The notes under the pieces: model-generated
The model's input: the letters and a program-made list of their open reading frames with translations, nothing else
What the model was told of the DNA's origin: nothing
Databases searched by the model: none
Assembly: GCA_024704765.1 (NCBI GenBank)
Contig: JAKMXF010000011.1
Location: forward strand, 913,557-977,556
Direction of reading: 5' to 3'
From: Oopsacas minuta
Taxonomy: Eukaryota; Animalia; Porifera
Length of the DNA: 64,000 nt
Translations under genes and position numbers: made by a program
In this document: piece after piece, positions 1-13,006 of the stretch
How the letters are laid out: the number at the start of each line of letters is the position of its first letter
How positions within the stretch are numbered: position 1 is the stretch's first letter

Positions 1-1
1 T

Positions 2-2068
2 GATATTCCAGGAAATATCCAAATTCCCTGTACAGCTGAGTATCTCGGAAGGTTCACTAGAGGAGGCGCTAGCACTCTTCATTCTTTATCTGGACATGTG
101 TTTTTCGATTCTTCGAATAGACGACTGTTCGTAGCTGGACTAAATCTTGACGGAAGTGCTCCTGCAGCCTACATGTGGCTAAGTACTAGTACAACACCGA
201 GCGGTGGCGGAAGGAGAACAGGATACAATGGTAGATATGGGAAAGTAGATGACGTCAATAACCAGGATGCTAACGTTACATATCCGGTACCGTTAAGTGA
301 CGTACAGGTTGTTTACAGATCTCTCTCGGTTTGGTGTGTAGACTTTAGTGTATCATTCGGACATGTAGTTATACCTGAAGTAACTGATTCATTCGGATGC
401 AGTACATCCTACGGATCTGTAAAATTAGGCGATACTCCAGCTAAACATGGTGTTTCTGCTAATGTTTACGTGTTAGGCCCAAATACGATTGGGTTACAAA
501 ACATGAATTATGGTGGGGATGCGCCCGGTACATGGTATTGGGCTGGAACAACAAGTGATGTGCATACCGGCTTCATAGTTGCTGATGAGACTGGTAGCTT
601 AGGAACACTAAGTGAAATCAGTAATGCCAACGTTGTGTTAACGCTTCCAACTGACTATGATGTGTGCAATACAAATTTCTTTAGTGTGTACTGCGTTATA
701 GCATCAGTTTCATTTGGTGAAGTATTTTTTGATAGTTCTTATGGATGCACAAACTGTCCTCAAATCTGTAAGACTGTAGGTGAACCAGGTCCTGTTTTCC
801 AATGTAAGGACCTTAGTAGCACTGAGCAAATTGAATACCGGTATGATTCCAATAATAGCCTGGTTACATTTAGATTCCATACTTGCAATCTAGAAGCGAA
901 TGAGTACTTTGCATTTGGAATAAGTGCCAGTAACTCTGGAGTAGCAATGTCACCAAACGGTGACGTTGCAGTGTGTCAATACTCTACAACTGGTGTTGTA
1001 GATTGTTCAGATTATGATCTGACCATAAGATCACAGTGTGCATTATCTGGTGGGAGTTATAATGGAGCTTGTCCTGATACAGTTCTCACTGGAGGTGTGA
1101 ATAATTATATCAACACACAAGTTGAAACTATCAACGCCTTGACAACCTTTACTACAACTCGTGCTGTCAACACGACAGATAGTCATGACAAGGTATATAC
1201 ACCTGGTACACCTCAGTATATTATTTGGGCACGTGGAGGAACATTTTCTTCTCCTACCAGCGAGAGATGGGTACTACGTCATGCTTCCGATAACCGTATA
1301 TCTAGTTCTGCACCTATTCAAATAGATTTCGCAGCTAATCAATCATGTACCAGATCACTACTATGTCCTACAACCACACCAGCACCAAAGGCACCTTGGA
1401 AAGTTCCTCCAATTTGCATCGAACCTGATAATAATCAGATCAATGCAGCCATTGGTAACACAGGTGGAGTACAGGGGTATAAGGGAATCACTGGTAAAGA
1501 TGGATGGGGTATAGCTTGGTATCTGAATGGCTATCTTATCCCTGAGGTATATGTATTGCGTGGCACAACAGTTAGGTTCTATGTTAATGGGGGAAACGAT
1601 CCTGACGACTCAGCTTCTTACCATCCACTTTATATAACCAGCTCTAACGAAGGAGGCATTAACGTTCTCCAAGAAGCTGGAGAATCCATTACAGAGACTG
1701 TGTATGCTGGTTTGGATTACAATCAAGCCGCACAAACTGTTACAGATTTGACTGTAGGTCCCTATTGCGAATGGGAAGAAACAGAGGGTGGTGGAGACAA
1801 CTTCAACTCGTTTTCTCGATACGAAGAAACGCTAGAATACTCATGTAGCAGCACTGTTCTTTCAGGAATTTTTGAATGGACAGCTAATACAGAATCTAAC
1901 GGTCCTTTCTACTACCAATGTGCTACACATCGACTACTGGGATGGAAGATATATGTTGTGGACGATTTGGAAGAATGCTTTGCACTTCAATCAGCTGCGT
2001 ACCAAACTCTATCTTATGCTCTCCTCTTATTTATAGGCGTGGTATTGACTATATTCTATGCCCTTTAG
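2..2068 (+). CDS. DM13 (x2) + DOMON domain protein, Skeletor/Knickkopf-like, probably GPI-anchored; 5' end lies outside the window
   Basis: Frame is open from base 2 (…STLHSLSGHVFF…). DM13-type motifs (YDGSAP-like 'LDGSAPAAYMW', 'SVWC..FSVSFG', 'HGVSANVYV', 'FSVYC..ASVSFG'), DOMON ('YFAFGIS…M…DVAVC', 'IIWARG…H'), Skeletor-like 'YLNGYLIPEVYVLRG…GGND…YHPLYIT' and 'YYQCATHRLLGWKI'; hydrophobic C-terminal tail. Confidence 0.8.
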   Translation, partial: DIPGNIQIPCTAEYLGRFTRGGASTLHSLSGHVFFDSSNRRLFVAGLNLDGSAPAAYMWLSTSTTPSGGGRRTGYNGRYGKVDDVNNQDANVTYPVPLSDVQVVYRSLSVWCVDFSVSFGHVVIPEVTDSFGCSTSYGSVKLGDTPAKHGVSANVYVLGPNTIGLQNMNYGGDAPGTWYWAGTTSDVHTGFIVADETGSLGTLSEISNANVVLTLPTDYDVCNTNFFSVYCVIASVSFGEVFFDSSYGCTNCPQICKTVGEPGPVFQCKDLSSTEQIEYRYDSNNSLVTFRFHTCNLEANEYFAFGISASNSGVAMSPNGDVAVCQYSTTGVVDCSDYDLTIRSQCALSGGSYNGACPDTVLTGGVNNYINTQVETINALTTFTTTRAVNTTDSHDKVYTPGTPQYIIWARGGTFSSPTSERWVLRHASDNRISSSAPIQIDFAANQSCTRSLLCPTTTPAPKAPWKVPPICIEPDNNQINAAIGNTGGVQGYKGITGKDGWGIAWYLNGYLIPEVYVLRGTTVRFYVNGGNDPDDSASYHPLYITSSNEGGINVLQEAGESITETVYAGLDYNQAAQTVTDLTVGPYCEWEETEGGGDNFNSFSRYEETLEYSCSSTVLSGIFEWTANTESNGPFYYQCATHRLLGWKIYVVDDLEECFALQSAAYQTLSYALLLFIGVVLTIFYAL

Positions 2069-2225
2069 TTTACTTATGCTTTTAGTTTTCTAGTAACTAG
2101 TGTGTGTAGTGTGTGTGTGTATTCATATTTAGTAACCTTAGCAGTTAAATTAGCTCATTCGTTTGTGTGTGTTGAATATTTAATCAATATCAAGTAAACA
2201 TTCAATAAATATATAAACAATTGAG

Positions 2226-3855
2226 TTAATTGGGTTCTTGTGGGAGAGGGATATCTCTGTGTTGCATCCAATGTGAATAACAGTCCGGATTGTCATGGAG
2301 AATAGATTTTAAAATAAATTTAAACGCTTCCATAATTGGTGTCATTGTAACCTCTGTTGAAGCCATTGAAAAGAATAAGAGACATAGCTTCTCCTTAGCG
2401 TGTGGAACACTTTTCACATCTTCCTTACCGTAAATAGTCTTCATCTTACCCAATACAATACTCACTTTACAAGACACACCTGATTGCTTAGCCTCAGTTT
2501 CTAGGTTCTGCAACCAGACGAGATAACCTTTTTCTTTCTTTAACGCATCTTCTTTGAGTGCATAAACAGTCGCAACTCTCATCTTCATAATGCTCTTCAT
2601 AAAAGTTTGGTCTGAGTTTAAATACTTTAGTTTGTAATTGATCCGAAGTTTCGTTTCTTTGCGCCATTCAGTCAAATCCGCCTGTACATCTTTCGCGTTC
2701 AGGTAATTTATGTGACCAAATTTTCCACACCATTCCTGTTTTATATGACCTACGTCATCAATATCCCAAATATTCTTCTTCCGTATATGGTTCTCTCGTT
2801 CGATATAAGGATTTTGTAGCATTTTTTGCCATAGAGGAGTGCCATTGGCTAACTCTTCAATTTCATGTGAGGCAAGAGAGCACATTGGGTAGATGGATAA
2901 ACGTCTTCGTGTGATATTGTGATGAAAGCACATGTTCTGTCTGCTCGATCAAGAGAGGATTGATGTGTATTTTCTGTTGTGTGTTAGGTTTTGACGTATA
3001 ATGATGGTGATAATGGTTAGATGAACTGTGGATATTATGGTGGGAGTAATGTCGATGAACTGTATGTAAATCTTTAAATATTTCTTTTAACTTATCCTTG
3101 CTTAATGGGAATTTACTTTTCAAGTCTTTAACACCTATGTTATATATTCCATTCAACAACAGATACACTGTATATATTTTGCTAACGCATTTCTCCTGGG
3201 TACAGTTGGTAGGCGTGGAATTACCTTTCATATTAGCTATTCTCCTGCAGAGTAGTAACATTGGACGAAAACGCTGTGAAATCACGAGTTTACGGTTAAC
3301 CTGCTTGATCGGTTGTTTTGGGGTTGTACTTCGTGAGTGATCGCTGGATGATTTGAATTTTTTCAGATAAGTGTTGATGTTTTGGTAGGAAATTGACTTG
3401 GGTAAAGCCAACAATTTCTCGAATTCATCTTCTTCAATAAATATTTCATCGTATGATTTTCCTATGCGAGAAAATTTCAATCTTTCTCCACCAATTTTCA
3501 GCTCCATTAAAATATTTGAAAATCCACCTGAATATGATCTCCGTTGACCCTTGCCTCTTCCATTATTCCCTGGATGGATTGGACGTTTATTGTGTCTACT
3601 GAATGGGTTGGTGTGCGAATTCACACCTCCATATGCTCCATCTTTCCTCACTTTCAAATGTGAATCCCAGAAATGAGCCACTTCAGGGAGATTATACTTA
3701 GAATGGTGTATGTCCAAATCTGACAAACTTCCAACTGGATTATAAGGCAGATAGTTCAGCGAAAAGTGACCGCGCTTTTTCTCAACTTCCAGTTCATATC
3801 GGACTTTATCAATAAAAGGCAATTGATATGATTGTTCCATAGAATTTATGTACAA
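2226..3855 (-). CDS. Uncharacterised protein(s): two overlapping ORFs (2863-3855, 2226-2933), possibly one frameshifted gene
   Basis: Two long same-strand ORFs overlap by about 70 nt in different frames. No usable GT-AG intron is visible at the junction and no family motif was recognised. Confidence 0.45.
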
Positions 3856-4368
3856 AAATAAAATAATTCAAATATTTTTTAGTCACAAATATACACGAAT
3901 ATGCACGTATGTATATTTCGTGTGCCCAATCAGAATGCACGCAGTTTTATTCGATTGTCTTACAAAATTGGGCAAATTTAGCTACAGTTAAGCCCTGTTA
4001 ATATGAATTCTTAACTACAGATTAGGAATACGAATTTCGGGCCCTTCAATGCAATTTCAAAGCCGACAGCCCCTAGCTGCCCATACTAACTAGAGCCAAC
4101 TTAATTCTCCTCTAACATGTAAATAACTAAATCACCTACATTTAAATAATTGGGAAAATTAAACAAACAAGTAATATAGAGTTAAGATAGTGATACCAAC
4201 AACCTAATAGTAAGCAATAGGTAGTTATTTGTAATTCTCACTACAAGCACGTACAATTGACAAGATTAAGTTAGAAAAGTATATTAGATAAAGGAATGGT
4301 TATCACAAATACATTTCACACAGTTTATTAGTTCAGTCTATCTGTTGCATAGGACGGGAAGAGACAAA

Positions 4369-4824
<456 letters not shown>

Positions 4825-6097
4825 TTAACCTGAGTATTTAGCTATGTAGAGGTGAAAATAAGTAAACTTATAGGCTTCAGTTATACAATTAGATTGGTTG
4901 CCTATTTTATACTAGAAACGATAATGAAAGCATTTCTATAAATAGAACAGCATTTAATTGATTGCACGATATTAATTAAGTTCGTGATAATGCCAGAATT
5001 GAAAATTGTACAATCTAAGTAAGGTAACATAATATTAGGTGGATAATTCGCATATCACAATAGGATATGATGTAAGAAAAGTGGTAATGACGTAACACTA
5101 ATTCTGTTGAGTAGTAAACTGGAAGGGAAGTTCACAAGTAAATGAATTTGGTAGAAAACTAATATAGGATGATATTTGTGTGACGTCAACCAAATATGTG
5201 ATCCCAAAAAATACAGGCCACTTGAAATGGGAGTGAGAGGAAATCAGTGATTCCCAGAAACGAAACCAGAATACTTTTTGAATTACATAACTGTCATAAA
5301 GCGTAAAATCGGGATGTGAGGGGGTCATAATTTTGCGTTGCATAACGTTTGACAGCCCCTTAGACATGCCAATTTAAAAATAGGCATCATATGATAGCCA
5401 TTATGGATTCCTTAACAAAGGCAAATTATAACTTGACATAATTGTGAGATAAACATATGTTAGGTTGGTATTAGACCGGCTGCTTAGTAACAATGTACGG
5501 AGGGAGGTGGAGTGGCTGAACGAAAACACCGCAGGAAATGTATTTTGTGAGGGATGGTGGTTTGGGGATTTGAAATAACTCTTGTATTCCAAATCCACAA
5601 ACCACCCTCTCTCATAAATTAAAATTTCTTCCATTCATAAAATAATGAGAAAGTTTCACCTGCAGTCGATTGTGCTTAGAGTGAACTCGTGAATAATTAT
5701 GGGTTCATTACGCCTTAGTGAGTTCACTATAAACACTCAACTTTATAATATTTCCTCTGTTGTCCAATTATTTCTAAACCAAATTGTCTGAAAGTGTTCA
5801 ACCGGGCTGGGAAAAATTGAGTTACCCTAGTGATTATGAGTAAATACTCAAATTACTATGAGAAGAAATTTTGTAAAAATTTTTGTTATATCTGCTGTTC
5901 TTCAAGTTTTATAACGAATAGATGAATATATTTATATATTATCACCACGGATACAAAGAATGAATTTATACTATCTGAATTTCAGGTTGCAGTTTGTTTG
6001 CTATTTTACATACAAGTAGTTACCTGTCTCAGTCTTTGCCATTAGCGCACAAAGTAAGTTGTCTCAAATACTTCATATAGATTAATCCTTATTTATA

Positions 6098-6169
6098 GCC
6101 GTGATCGTCTAGTGGTTAGGACATTGCGTTGTGGCCGCAATAACCCAGGTTCGAATCCTGGTCACGGCA
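6098..6169 (+). tRNA. tRNA-His (GTG)
   Basis: GCCGTGATCGTCTAGTGGTTAGGACATTGCGTTGTGGCCGCAATAACCCAGGTTCGAATCCTGGTCACGGCA: acceptor stem GCCGTGA/TCACGGC, anticodon arm TTGCG-TTGTGGC-CGCAA, T-loop GTTCGAATC, followed by a T6 Pol III terminator at 6172-6177. Confidence 0.97.
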
Positions 6170-6458
6170 AATTTTTTGCTCCTTCTCATATTTTGCCCAT
6201 ACTTTGCAACCAGAAAAGTATATTTTGGTTGGATAACATAGAATAGACAGCGCACTAATTCAAGAGGATTTGTGGTAACTGAAGAATTCCTTTAATTTCG
6301 CAGGTTTTGTAGTTATTCCATTGTCATTCAAACTCACATTGCTTCTTCTCTACTATCACTATGTATATTCAGTTATTGTTTTGCATCCCAAGTTTGTATG
6401 TATTACATCCATCTAATTTACGTTCTTTTACATATTTTTTTTTCTTGAATTTTTCAGA

Positions 6459-7481
6459 ATGCCCACAACTAGAACAGGCAAGAAAACAACCAAAGATTCA
6501 CCAGACAAGCTCAAAAACAGTCCCAAACGTTATGAGATTCCTCTTCATGGAAAGCATATAGAAGAAACAGAACAAAATTTCTCAAATATATCCAACTTGA
6601 CTCGTCCTCCTTTGAATTCTGATCAAGACTTGCCTAAAAATACTGCTGATGACATCTTAGATATACCCAACTTAACTCATCGTCTTATGAATTCTGATCA
6701 GGACTTGCCCAAATATCCTGCTGATACTCACAAGGACCATACAGAGTCAGGACCTGAATGGATAACCTTTCAACGTATTGTAATCATTTTGGTCCTTATC
6801 CTGCTGTTTATTGTTATTCTCGCTATACGAATTGTTTATGTCCCGTTGGCCAATTTTGAAGGTGAATTATTTCCCCGTCCAATTGATCCCAAGTTTGGAG
6901 AATGTGTGGACAAGCTGGCGCATAATTTCAATCAACAAGATTCGAATTTATGGAAACAAATTATAAAGAATTATAACTACAATCGATCTATGAAAAGAAC
7001 TGTTCTATGCCAAACTCTCATTACCACTCGTACCAATAAAGCTGCAGTAGATTGTTTGATTAAACAGCTGTCAAAATGTATTGGAGAAGACGAGCCCTTT
7101 ACTTTTATACCTTCCAACGATTCGATAAAATCTGCTTCACTACTAGAACGTGCTCTCAACTATACAAGGAAAGATGTTGGATATTTCAAAGAGATAACTG
7201 ATCTTACTCATCCTATCCCTACTGTATTTCACGCGATTTGTGATTCTGATCATTCACCCTATAAGGGAAAAGTCTTTTTCTTCTCAATACTAACTGATAG
7301 TTTGACTAAAGGAACTGGGAACTATTCTCGTCGCGAGATTTCTAAGATCATAACTAACACCCTGAATCAGTATTGGGTAGACAGAGATGGCTTTTTTCCT
7401 AAAGAACAGATAGCAGCTGTAATATCTCGTATTGCTGACATAGCATATTACATACATACAGATAGCGTTACTATCTGCTAG
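6459..7481 (+). CDS. TOR1AIP-like: Torsin-1A-interacting protein-like (LAP1/LULL1 family), single-pass membrane protein
   Basis: Low-complexity N-terminus, one TM (RIVIILVLILLFIVILAIRIV), then a luminal AAA-like domain with 'F.QQ…LW', 'FHAICDSDHSPYK' (cf. LAP1 YKYCDHENAAFK) and C-terminal 'VISRIA' (cf. LWSRIS, arginine finger). Confidence 0.7.
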   Translation: MPTTRTGKKTTKDSPDKLKNSPKRYEIPLHGKHIEETEQNFSNISNLTRPPLNSDQDLPKNTADDILDIPNLTHRLMNSDQDLPKYPADTHKDHTESGPEWITFQRIVIILVLILLFIVILAIRIVYVPLANFEGELFPRPIDPKFGECVDKLAHNFNQQDSNLWKQIIKNYNYNRSMKRTVLCQTLITTRTNKAAVDCLIKQLSKCIGEDEPFTFIPSNDSIKSASLLERALNYTRKDVGYFKEITDLTHPIPTVFHAICDSDHSPYKGKVFFFSILTDSLTKGTGNYSRREISKIITNTLNQYWVDRDGFFPKEQIAAVISRIADIAYYIHTDSVTIC

Positions 7482-7643
7482 CTATAACCTTCAGAACTGT
7501 ATTTTGAATGAACGTATTATGCTTGTACAGTACTATCACTAATTATTAGGTAATATGTAAATATACATCAATTATGTATGAATATATGTATTTCACTACA
7601 AAGTCACTATTGTACACATATTTTCATTGATTAGTGAGGATTT

Positions 7644-10090
7644 ATGAGTTTTTCTGACAGTCAAACTCTCACTGCCTCTAAATTGGCAATATCCCTGGTT
7701 ACTGGTAATAACTTGGCTAACTCTGTCCTATGGTCACATGATGATACCAAAATATTCACATCAAATGGTCCCCATATTCTTGTATTCGACACAGAATCTG
7801 GTGCTATTATACACAGATTTACACGGCATAATGATGACGTAATCGCGCTTATTGTGAACCCCAGCAATAGTCAACAGCTTTTGTCCACCTCAATTGATGG
7901 AATTACCCACGTATGGGACATCAATGATTTTTCATACCTCTTATCAATCGATTTTACGCGGAAAATTCATGCATTTACTTCTAACAAAGATTCCACATAC
8001 ATTCTATTCGGGAATGGTGACGTAATGAAATTCCCGACGAAAATATTCTCCAACCATGGACAAGAGAAACTTCGTAAATACCTCGACTCAAAGCCGCCTA
8101 CATTTACTAGTAGAAACTCTCAAATACTATTGCTATACACGAACCAGGGACGAGACTATCTCATCACTTACGATCAGAAGAACTTAGTTATATTCACTAC
8201 ACACTTACAAGAACTACACTGCTATGAGAAATCACACCCTATAACGTGTATAACTGTATCTGTTAATACTCCAACTCTAGCATATGGAAGTGTATCCGGT
8301 CGTATTTATATATGGCATAACTTCATATCAGGTGATGAAAATATTACTAGATTGCATTGGCATTCACACTCTGTGCTATCTCTTGCTTTCAATTGTGATG
8401 GAACTTACCTTATGTCTGGTGGAGAGGAATCTGTATTAGTTGTATGGCAGGTTGATACACTAAAACGACAGTTTAGACCAAGGATAGGCGGGGAAATCCG
8501 AGGAATTGTACCTTCTAATACAGACCAATATATTTCTGTAGTTACAAGTGATAATGTAATGAAAGTATTCAACAGTAGTAATCTGGAATTAGCTTTTATT
8601 TCAAAGAATTTGAAATATACTCCATGGCCGTTTGGAATGACACCTTGTCAAAATCTTGACAGTCTCGTGCTACACTCATCTCCTCCTGGTTGGATACAAG
8701 TTTATCATCCAGTCTATCAAACACGTCAGTTCGATATTGACGTGACCACACTTAATGTCGTATCTAGACCTCAACAGGTACAGCTTAACTATATGCTGGT
8801 TACTCATGTAGCTATTTCTAATGATGGACTATGGATGATAACTTGTGAATCTCGGTATGATAAGCGTGAAGCTTTTCGCGAATTGCGACTACGTTTTTGG
8901 TACTATAATACAACTGATAAATCCTATGAACAGATAATGTGTGTGGATAGACCGCATAGAGCTGTTTGTATGATATCATTCTCTCCAGTTGTTAGTGACC
9001 CTATTTGTGCTAGTTGTGGGGAAGAGGGAGATTTCAGGATATGGACACTAGCAGAGGGAAAGTGAGTTATGTTTATTATTCATATCCATGGTACACTTTA
9101 CTTACTTGGCCAATCCTCCCAGAAAATAAGTATGACTTAATTTATTATTATTCATTGTGTAGGATTGCTGATTTTTCTTCTCGCTTATGGCAATGCTATG
9201 CTACAAATAGCTTATTCAATTCAAAAGCTAGTCACTGTGTATTCTCTCCTGATGCTGCCCTATTAGCTGTTGCCTATAAAAACTGTATAAGTATATGGAA
9301 TACAGAGACAGTTGAACATAAACATAATCTAGAAGCAGAACAACTCAGAGACGATATACGCAGTTTAGTATTCAGTTATTCAGGGAAGGATAGCTATGTA
9401 CTAGCGTCTACCATGGATAGTATTATTGTATGGGATGTGTTTACTTGTGTTGTTAAATGGACATGTACAATTGGTAATGCATTTATATGCACATCTCTTC
9501 ATACACAGTTTGCAGTTGCTATTTCTAATGATGATATCCTCGTGTTTGATCCAGAAGTAGAAAAGCCGATTATTGAGCTAAATACTGGAGTAAAATCAAA
9601 AGTTATTGATGCTTGCTTCTTAGGACAGGGCAGTACTCTAGCTGTTTACTTCTTGACTGAAAAACAACAAATATTCTGTCTACATGATGTCAATGAGTTG
9701 GATTTTAAAACGAAGAACAATAATCTCCCTCTGAAGCCAGATGGCCTATTCAGTGATCTCCTTATTGGACCTACTTATACTCCTTATGTAGTAGAAGATA
9801 CACGATTGTTTAAAAAAGCAGATCTGTCAATATTCACCACTCCCTGTCATGTACTACCAGCAACCAAATCATACGCTTGGAATGTTATTAGTGCGTTTCT
9901 ACAGCAAAGAGATTCTATAGAAGATATTGGACCAAAGACTGAAGAAATACAGGTAGACTCCATGGATACCGATCAGGTAGATAGGTATGTAGAGCATAAA
10001 ATGAGTGGAGATAGTGAAGAGGATGGGATTATAGATTTCAGTTGGTTAGATAGTTTTTTCAGATCTTCAGAATTTGTTCTTAAAACTTGA
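7644..10090 (+). CDS. WDR75: WD repeat protein 75 (Nan1/Utp17), two exons; intron 9062-9162
   Basis: 'RLHWHSHSVLSLAF…LMSGGEESVLVVWQ…QFRPRIGG' is typical of WDR75/Utp17. GTGAGT donor at 9062 and TGTAG acceptor ending 9162 join the two ORFs. Confidence 0.85.
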
Positions 10091-10167
10091 TTATATTTCA
10101 GGTAAATATATTATATAATTATATTTAGTGAATAAATAATGCATAATATACTTGTATGATATTTAAG

Positions 10168-10773
10168 TTAGATTCTTTGAATCGCTTCTTTTTCCAAGAG
10201 ATTATTGAAGATTGTAATGTCAATTGGCCTGCCTTTACCCATTTCCTGTAGCATAAGGTACATACCGTGTATCAGTTGTAAGTTATTCTCTCCTGTCAAG
10301 ATAGAAACGTTTTTAAGGTCATTTAATGTTATAATTCCGTCTTTATCATTGTCTAGCAGCCAGAATAGAATCTTAGAGAAATCACCGTATCTGTCTTGTT
10401 TGTGTAGGAAGTATTTGTAAGCGAATACGTCGCTTATCGTTATTTTCCCATTCATTGTACCATCATCACTTATATCTAGTAGTTCAGCTTCACTCGGCTG
10501 CAGCCCAAGACCTGACAGCATGTTTGCGAGGGATTTGAGGGATAATCCAGGAACAGAATCGTAGAGTATATCCGTCAATTCACTTACAGTTTTCTCTATT
10601 GCTGGTTCATAGATACATATTTTGTCTGAGGGCATTACCTTAACAGAGATTGGTCGGTTCTTTGATTTCTCCCTGCTTTCCTTGCTAATCATAGGCAGTA
10701 CTAGATGGGAATCTGCGGATATACTCTGTTGTAATTTCGGTTGTCTAACAATTCTGGGGGTTCCTGAAGACAT
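10168..10773 (-). CDS. EF-hand protein, centrin/calmodulin-like
   Basis: Centrin-like helix-loop-helix motifs 'LSGLGLQPSEAEL..ISDDGTMNGKI' and 'LLDNDKDGIITLNDLKNV…GEN'. Confidence 0.7.
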   Translation of the reverse strand: MSSGTPRIVRQPKLQQSISADSHLVLPMISKESREKSKNRPISVKVMPSDKICIYEPAIEKTVSELTDILYDSVPGLSLKSLANMLSGLGLQPSEAELLDISDDGTMNGKITISDVFAYKYFLHKQDRYGDFSKILFWLLDNDKDGIITLNDLKNVSILTGENNLQLIHGMYLMLQEMGKGRPIDITIFNNLLEKEAIQRI

Positions 10774-10962
10774 TTTTAGTTTGATAAAATACGTATAGAG
10801 ACAGTCAAATTATTTTATAGGAATTATTTCATTATTATTTAATTGTTATTATTAATCGCTTGGTTGTTATTTGTATTAGAATTGCGTCCATTGTTTTAGC
10901 GAATATTTTATTCAATTATTTGTAGTTGTGCTTTATTATAATCCTGCTAGCTTATACGATAG

Positions 10963-13006
10963 ATGGCATCTCCAGAAGGAGAGTTGTTCGCGAAATTCCT
11001 GAAATGCGAGCTTTGTAATACCGATTTTAAAGATCCGAAATTGTTAGACTGCCTCCATACTTTCTGTGAGAAGTGTATTGCGAAATCTAACACTGAATCA
11101 GCTGGACAACATGTGGTATGTCCTAAATGTCAGCTGTCTACTGATACACGTCACGGCTTGACAGACAATCATTTCCTATCTGCTTTATCCACATTGAGTG
11201 GTATCAAGAATTTAGCTAAGAAATCTCCACAAGCTGTCAAATGTCATGACTGTATATTAGGTGATGACAAGCAGTCAGCTGTTTGCATTTGTGTTGTTTG
11301 TTTGCAACCAATGTGTAATGTGGATAAGAATGCTCATGTGAAACATTTCGCGGATCACTCCTATATTTCTATACAAGATTTATCTGCTAAGAATCTATTG
11401 GAGATTATTTCTAAAAATATATTCTGTAGTCGACACCCGCATCAAGTTGGTGCTGCTATTTGTACAGATTGTAATCAGATACTGTGTCAACAGGAGTGTA
11501 TTGTATCTCATCAAGAGTGTAAAGTTTCGCGCGAATTTCAGACTATTTTAGCTGAAAATAAACAGAATTTGAATAGTTTGATGTTTAAATCTGTTGATAT
11601 TATTGCAGAGATAAAATCAACAATACAACTCCATGGAAAGAGGAAGAGAGACGCAGAGAGATCTCTACAGCTGTTAGAGGCGACTATTGACATGGAATTC
11701 TCTTATATTTTTAAAGTTCTACAAGATCGAAAGCTTGAAATGCTTTCTAAAGCCAAGCAAGAATATCAGCCAACTATTGGTTAGTTGCAAATATTTATAA
11801 TTCTAAATTCTGGGATAAGATTTTTTGTATAAAAAATTTCATTTAAGTATTCTATACCCAAATATGCACATTATTAACAGGACTATTATAAGTGTATGCT
11901 ACATATGTATTCTTGTAGATGAGATAGTAGAAGAAAGCAAGGTACTATTTCGTAAAATGAAGGCTTTATCAGATGCAAATCAATTCTGTCAACTTGTAAT
12001 AGACTCCAACTATTCTCCTTCTCTTCCTTATGTTTCAAAATGCTACACTGAGCTAGCTAACTTTTCAAATATTCCAGATTATGGGTTTATCCCAGAGTAC
12101 AAGTTTTGTGTTGATAGGACGCTTAGGACAACTGTCAGTTGTCTCGGGAAGTTGACACATGTCAGAGGTGTTTCTCCTTCTGTTAGCTCTAAAATCCTGC
12201 CTCTAGTTGATAATCCAATGAAGCCCTTAGCTATTGCTTTTGATGGAATTGATAAACTATACGTATTCGATAAACAGGAAGATATGATTAAAGTTTTGAC
12301 TGAAAAGCTAGAAATATTAACTGAGTATAATGTTCAATTTGGAGTTGGTCAGGTTAGCTTATCTGCTAGTAAGAATTATTTGTTTGTTTGTTTACACGAA
12401 GAGAATATTGTTAAAGTGTTTACAACAGAAGGTGTGTTGTTCTGTGACTTGGAAGGTGGGACAGCTGGTGAGAAACACCTTTTCGATTTCACGGATAATT
12501 TTGCGGGTATGGTATGTGGCAAAGATGGTCACGTTCTTATAGCTGATTCTGGTAATAATCGTGTGCAAGTTTTCACTCCTGAATTAAAATTCTCACATTT
12601 CATAGGAGAGTTGTTTGAAGCAGGGGCACTGAGACGTCCAGTTGATGTTAGTGTTAATTCACAATCTCAAGTAGCAGTGTTGCATTGGGCGAATCCATGT
12701 ATTAACCTCTATACATTGAAAGGTGTTATTCTATCACAATTCGGTACACTTCTTGGCTCAATAGAACTGTCATTACCTGTCAAATTGTCATTTCTGACAA
12801 GTGACAAGCTTATAGTGTTAGACTACAAATCACAGAATCTATCTATGTATTCAGCTGACCGACAGTTCTTAACACGTTACGAGAATATTCTCCCTCTTTC
12901 TGTTAATAACATTCCATCCCTTGCTCCTGGTAACCAAGGTAATCTCTACTTCTGTGAACCTTCAAGTGGTCAGATTATGCTTTACAACAAATTTGTATTT
13001 CTATAA
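10963..13006 (+). CDS. TRIM-NHL E3 ligase (RING, two B-boxes, coiled coil, NHL repeats); intron 11780-11918
   Basis: RING 'CELC…CLHTFCEKC…CPKC', B-boxes, NHL 'IADSGNNRVQVF' and 'RPVDVSVNS'. Phase-1 GTTAGT…TTGTAG intron joins the two ORFs in frame (G|AT = Asp). Confidence 0.9.

Noticed and set aside
2100-2120. Short (GT)n tract
   Set aside because: Trivial microsatellite in a 3' UTR.
5098-5634. Short minus-strand ORFs (89 and 77 aa)
   Set aside because: No motifs, composition like intergenic DNA; likely spurious.
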